Made by a program: the position numbers and the translations under genes. A DNA stretch of 63,471 nucleotides, counting the filler, from Octopus bimaculoides (taxonomy: Eukaryota), in assembly GCF_001194135.2 (NCBI RefSeq). It is 6 parts of 5 records of this genome, joined end to end, with 100 filler letters (N's around TTAATTAATTAA, not from the genome) between each part and the next. Parts side by side here need not be neighbours in the genome. Positions count along the whole stretch, not along the records: positions 60,952 to 63,471 come from NW_026399968.1; 5 more parts are not named here. One strand, 5' to 3'. Position 1 is the stretch's first letter. Each line of letters opens with the position of its first letter. Below, piece after piece: positions 62,409-63,471 of the stretch. Below the pieces are notes generated by a model that worked only from the letters and a program-made list of their open reading frames with translations, did no database searches and was not told the DNA's origin.

Positions 62409-63471
62409 CACAGACATAAAAGAAAGAAGTGAATAGACACTTATAATCATTAGAATTTATTTAAATCTGAAATTATACATTCAAATTATTTGCTAGTTGT
62501 TATAATGTGAACATTAAATATTTAGTAGACATGCTCTTTGCATTTTTTAATGCAAGGGCTCTATTAGGCATGTTACTGATTAGATGGTGAATATTCTCTT
62601 GCAGAATTTCTTGCTAAGTTTCATGCAAATCTCAAAAGATCTGGCTTTGAGGATGCTTTCTTGTTCTGTTTATGAAATGTTCTGTCCATTATGCCCCAGA
62701 GGTGTTCTATAGGGTTCATATCTGGTGTCTGGCTTGGCTGTGGAAGCTTTCGAATGCCATTCTATTCCAACAAATCTTGGGTCATTTTAACCATGTGACA
62801 AGAAATCCCATCTTCCATAAATAGAGAGTCTTCTTTAATCATTTCACCACTGGAGAAGTTTGGAAGGAATCCTTTCTGCAATATGAACACATATTTATTT
62901 GAGTCTATCTTTCCCTCACACTCCACCAGCTCTGATCAACCATTGCTCCAAATTGTTCTCCAGACCATAGCTGCTGTGTATCATTGCTGGTTGCAATCTT
63001 TTCACATCAAAGTCTTAATCACAGAGTCACCAGACCCACACTCGATCACTGTTAAGAAATACAGCAAATCTGGACTCATCAGAGAATATGACAGTGTCCC
63101 AAAATGCTAATGGCCTTTCCATCATCTCACTGGCCCAATCTTTTCTCTGCTTCATATTGACTGGTCAAAGATGTGACTTCCTTCTTCCTGCTCTGCCATA
63201 GTAACCAAGTTTGTGGAGATACCTGACAGCTGTTCTGGGACTGACATCAACTTGCTCTGCTATGTCAGAGGTCTTCCAATGAGGATTATCCTCCACACTT
63301 CTGTCAGAGGGCCCTGGTTGATCTGGACAAAGTGATGTGAACTACTTCCCCTCTCTGGTGAATTGCACAATCACTCTATTAACTGTAGAAAGTGAGATCC
63401 CAAGGCTTTCTGCGATTTTATGCTGACTATATCCACCTTCAGAATGACCCACAATATGGCCTCTTTGAAAT
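62409..63471 (-). mobile_element. Tc1 transposon (DD34E transposase pseudogene) with terminus in (TA)n
   Basis: HTH region (RGHIVG...SQ.KIA..LGIS.STV), VIFSDESRF, MEDG..CH, PDMNPIEHLWG; 34 residues between second D and E; many stops. Confidence 0.92.

Noticed and set aside
63065-63090. CTGATGA on minus strand
   Set aside because: It is the FSDES catalytic motif of the Tc1 transposase, not a ribozyme
42000-63471. Continuation of the VWD gene (expected GLCGN exon)
   Set aside because: No spliceable matching exon seen on +; the region lies mostly beyond an artificial spacer

Overview
AT-rich, repeat-dense eukaryotic draft sequence, most likely an octopus genome (inferred from the SINE families, microsatellite load and TTAGGG repeat; not checked by search). 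No prokaryotic features or CRISPR arrays. Five identical 100-bp N44-TTAATTAATTAA-N44 spacers split the window into six pieces whose adjacency is probably artificial. I could reconstruct one real gene: 14 coding exons on + (25285-41984, 696 codons, no stop, all intron phases compatible). It encodes a secreted protein: signal peptide, EMI-like, EGF, TB/follistatin-N-like, VWD1, C8, TIL, VWC-like, partial VWD2 (SCO-spondin/otogelin/hemocytin/gel-mucin family). It is 3'-incomplete just before a spacer. The rest is decayed mobile DNA: Tx1, R4/Dong, RTE and CR1-group LINEs, a Penelope-like element, Tc1, maT-type and Chapaev3-like transposases, a Helitron helicase fragment, MITEs, tRNA-derived SINEs and microsatellites. 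Main unannotated signals: at least five dispersed minimal type I hammerhead ribozyme motifs with palindromic stem III; a head-to-tail Tx1 array joined through (TATC)n; a MITE carrying (TTAGGG)n; and an ~80-bp foldback in intron 2. All calls are by eye, without database searches.
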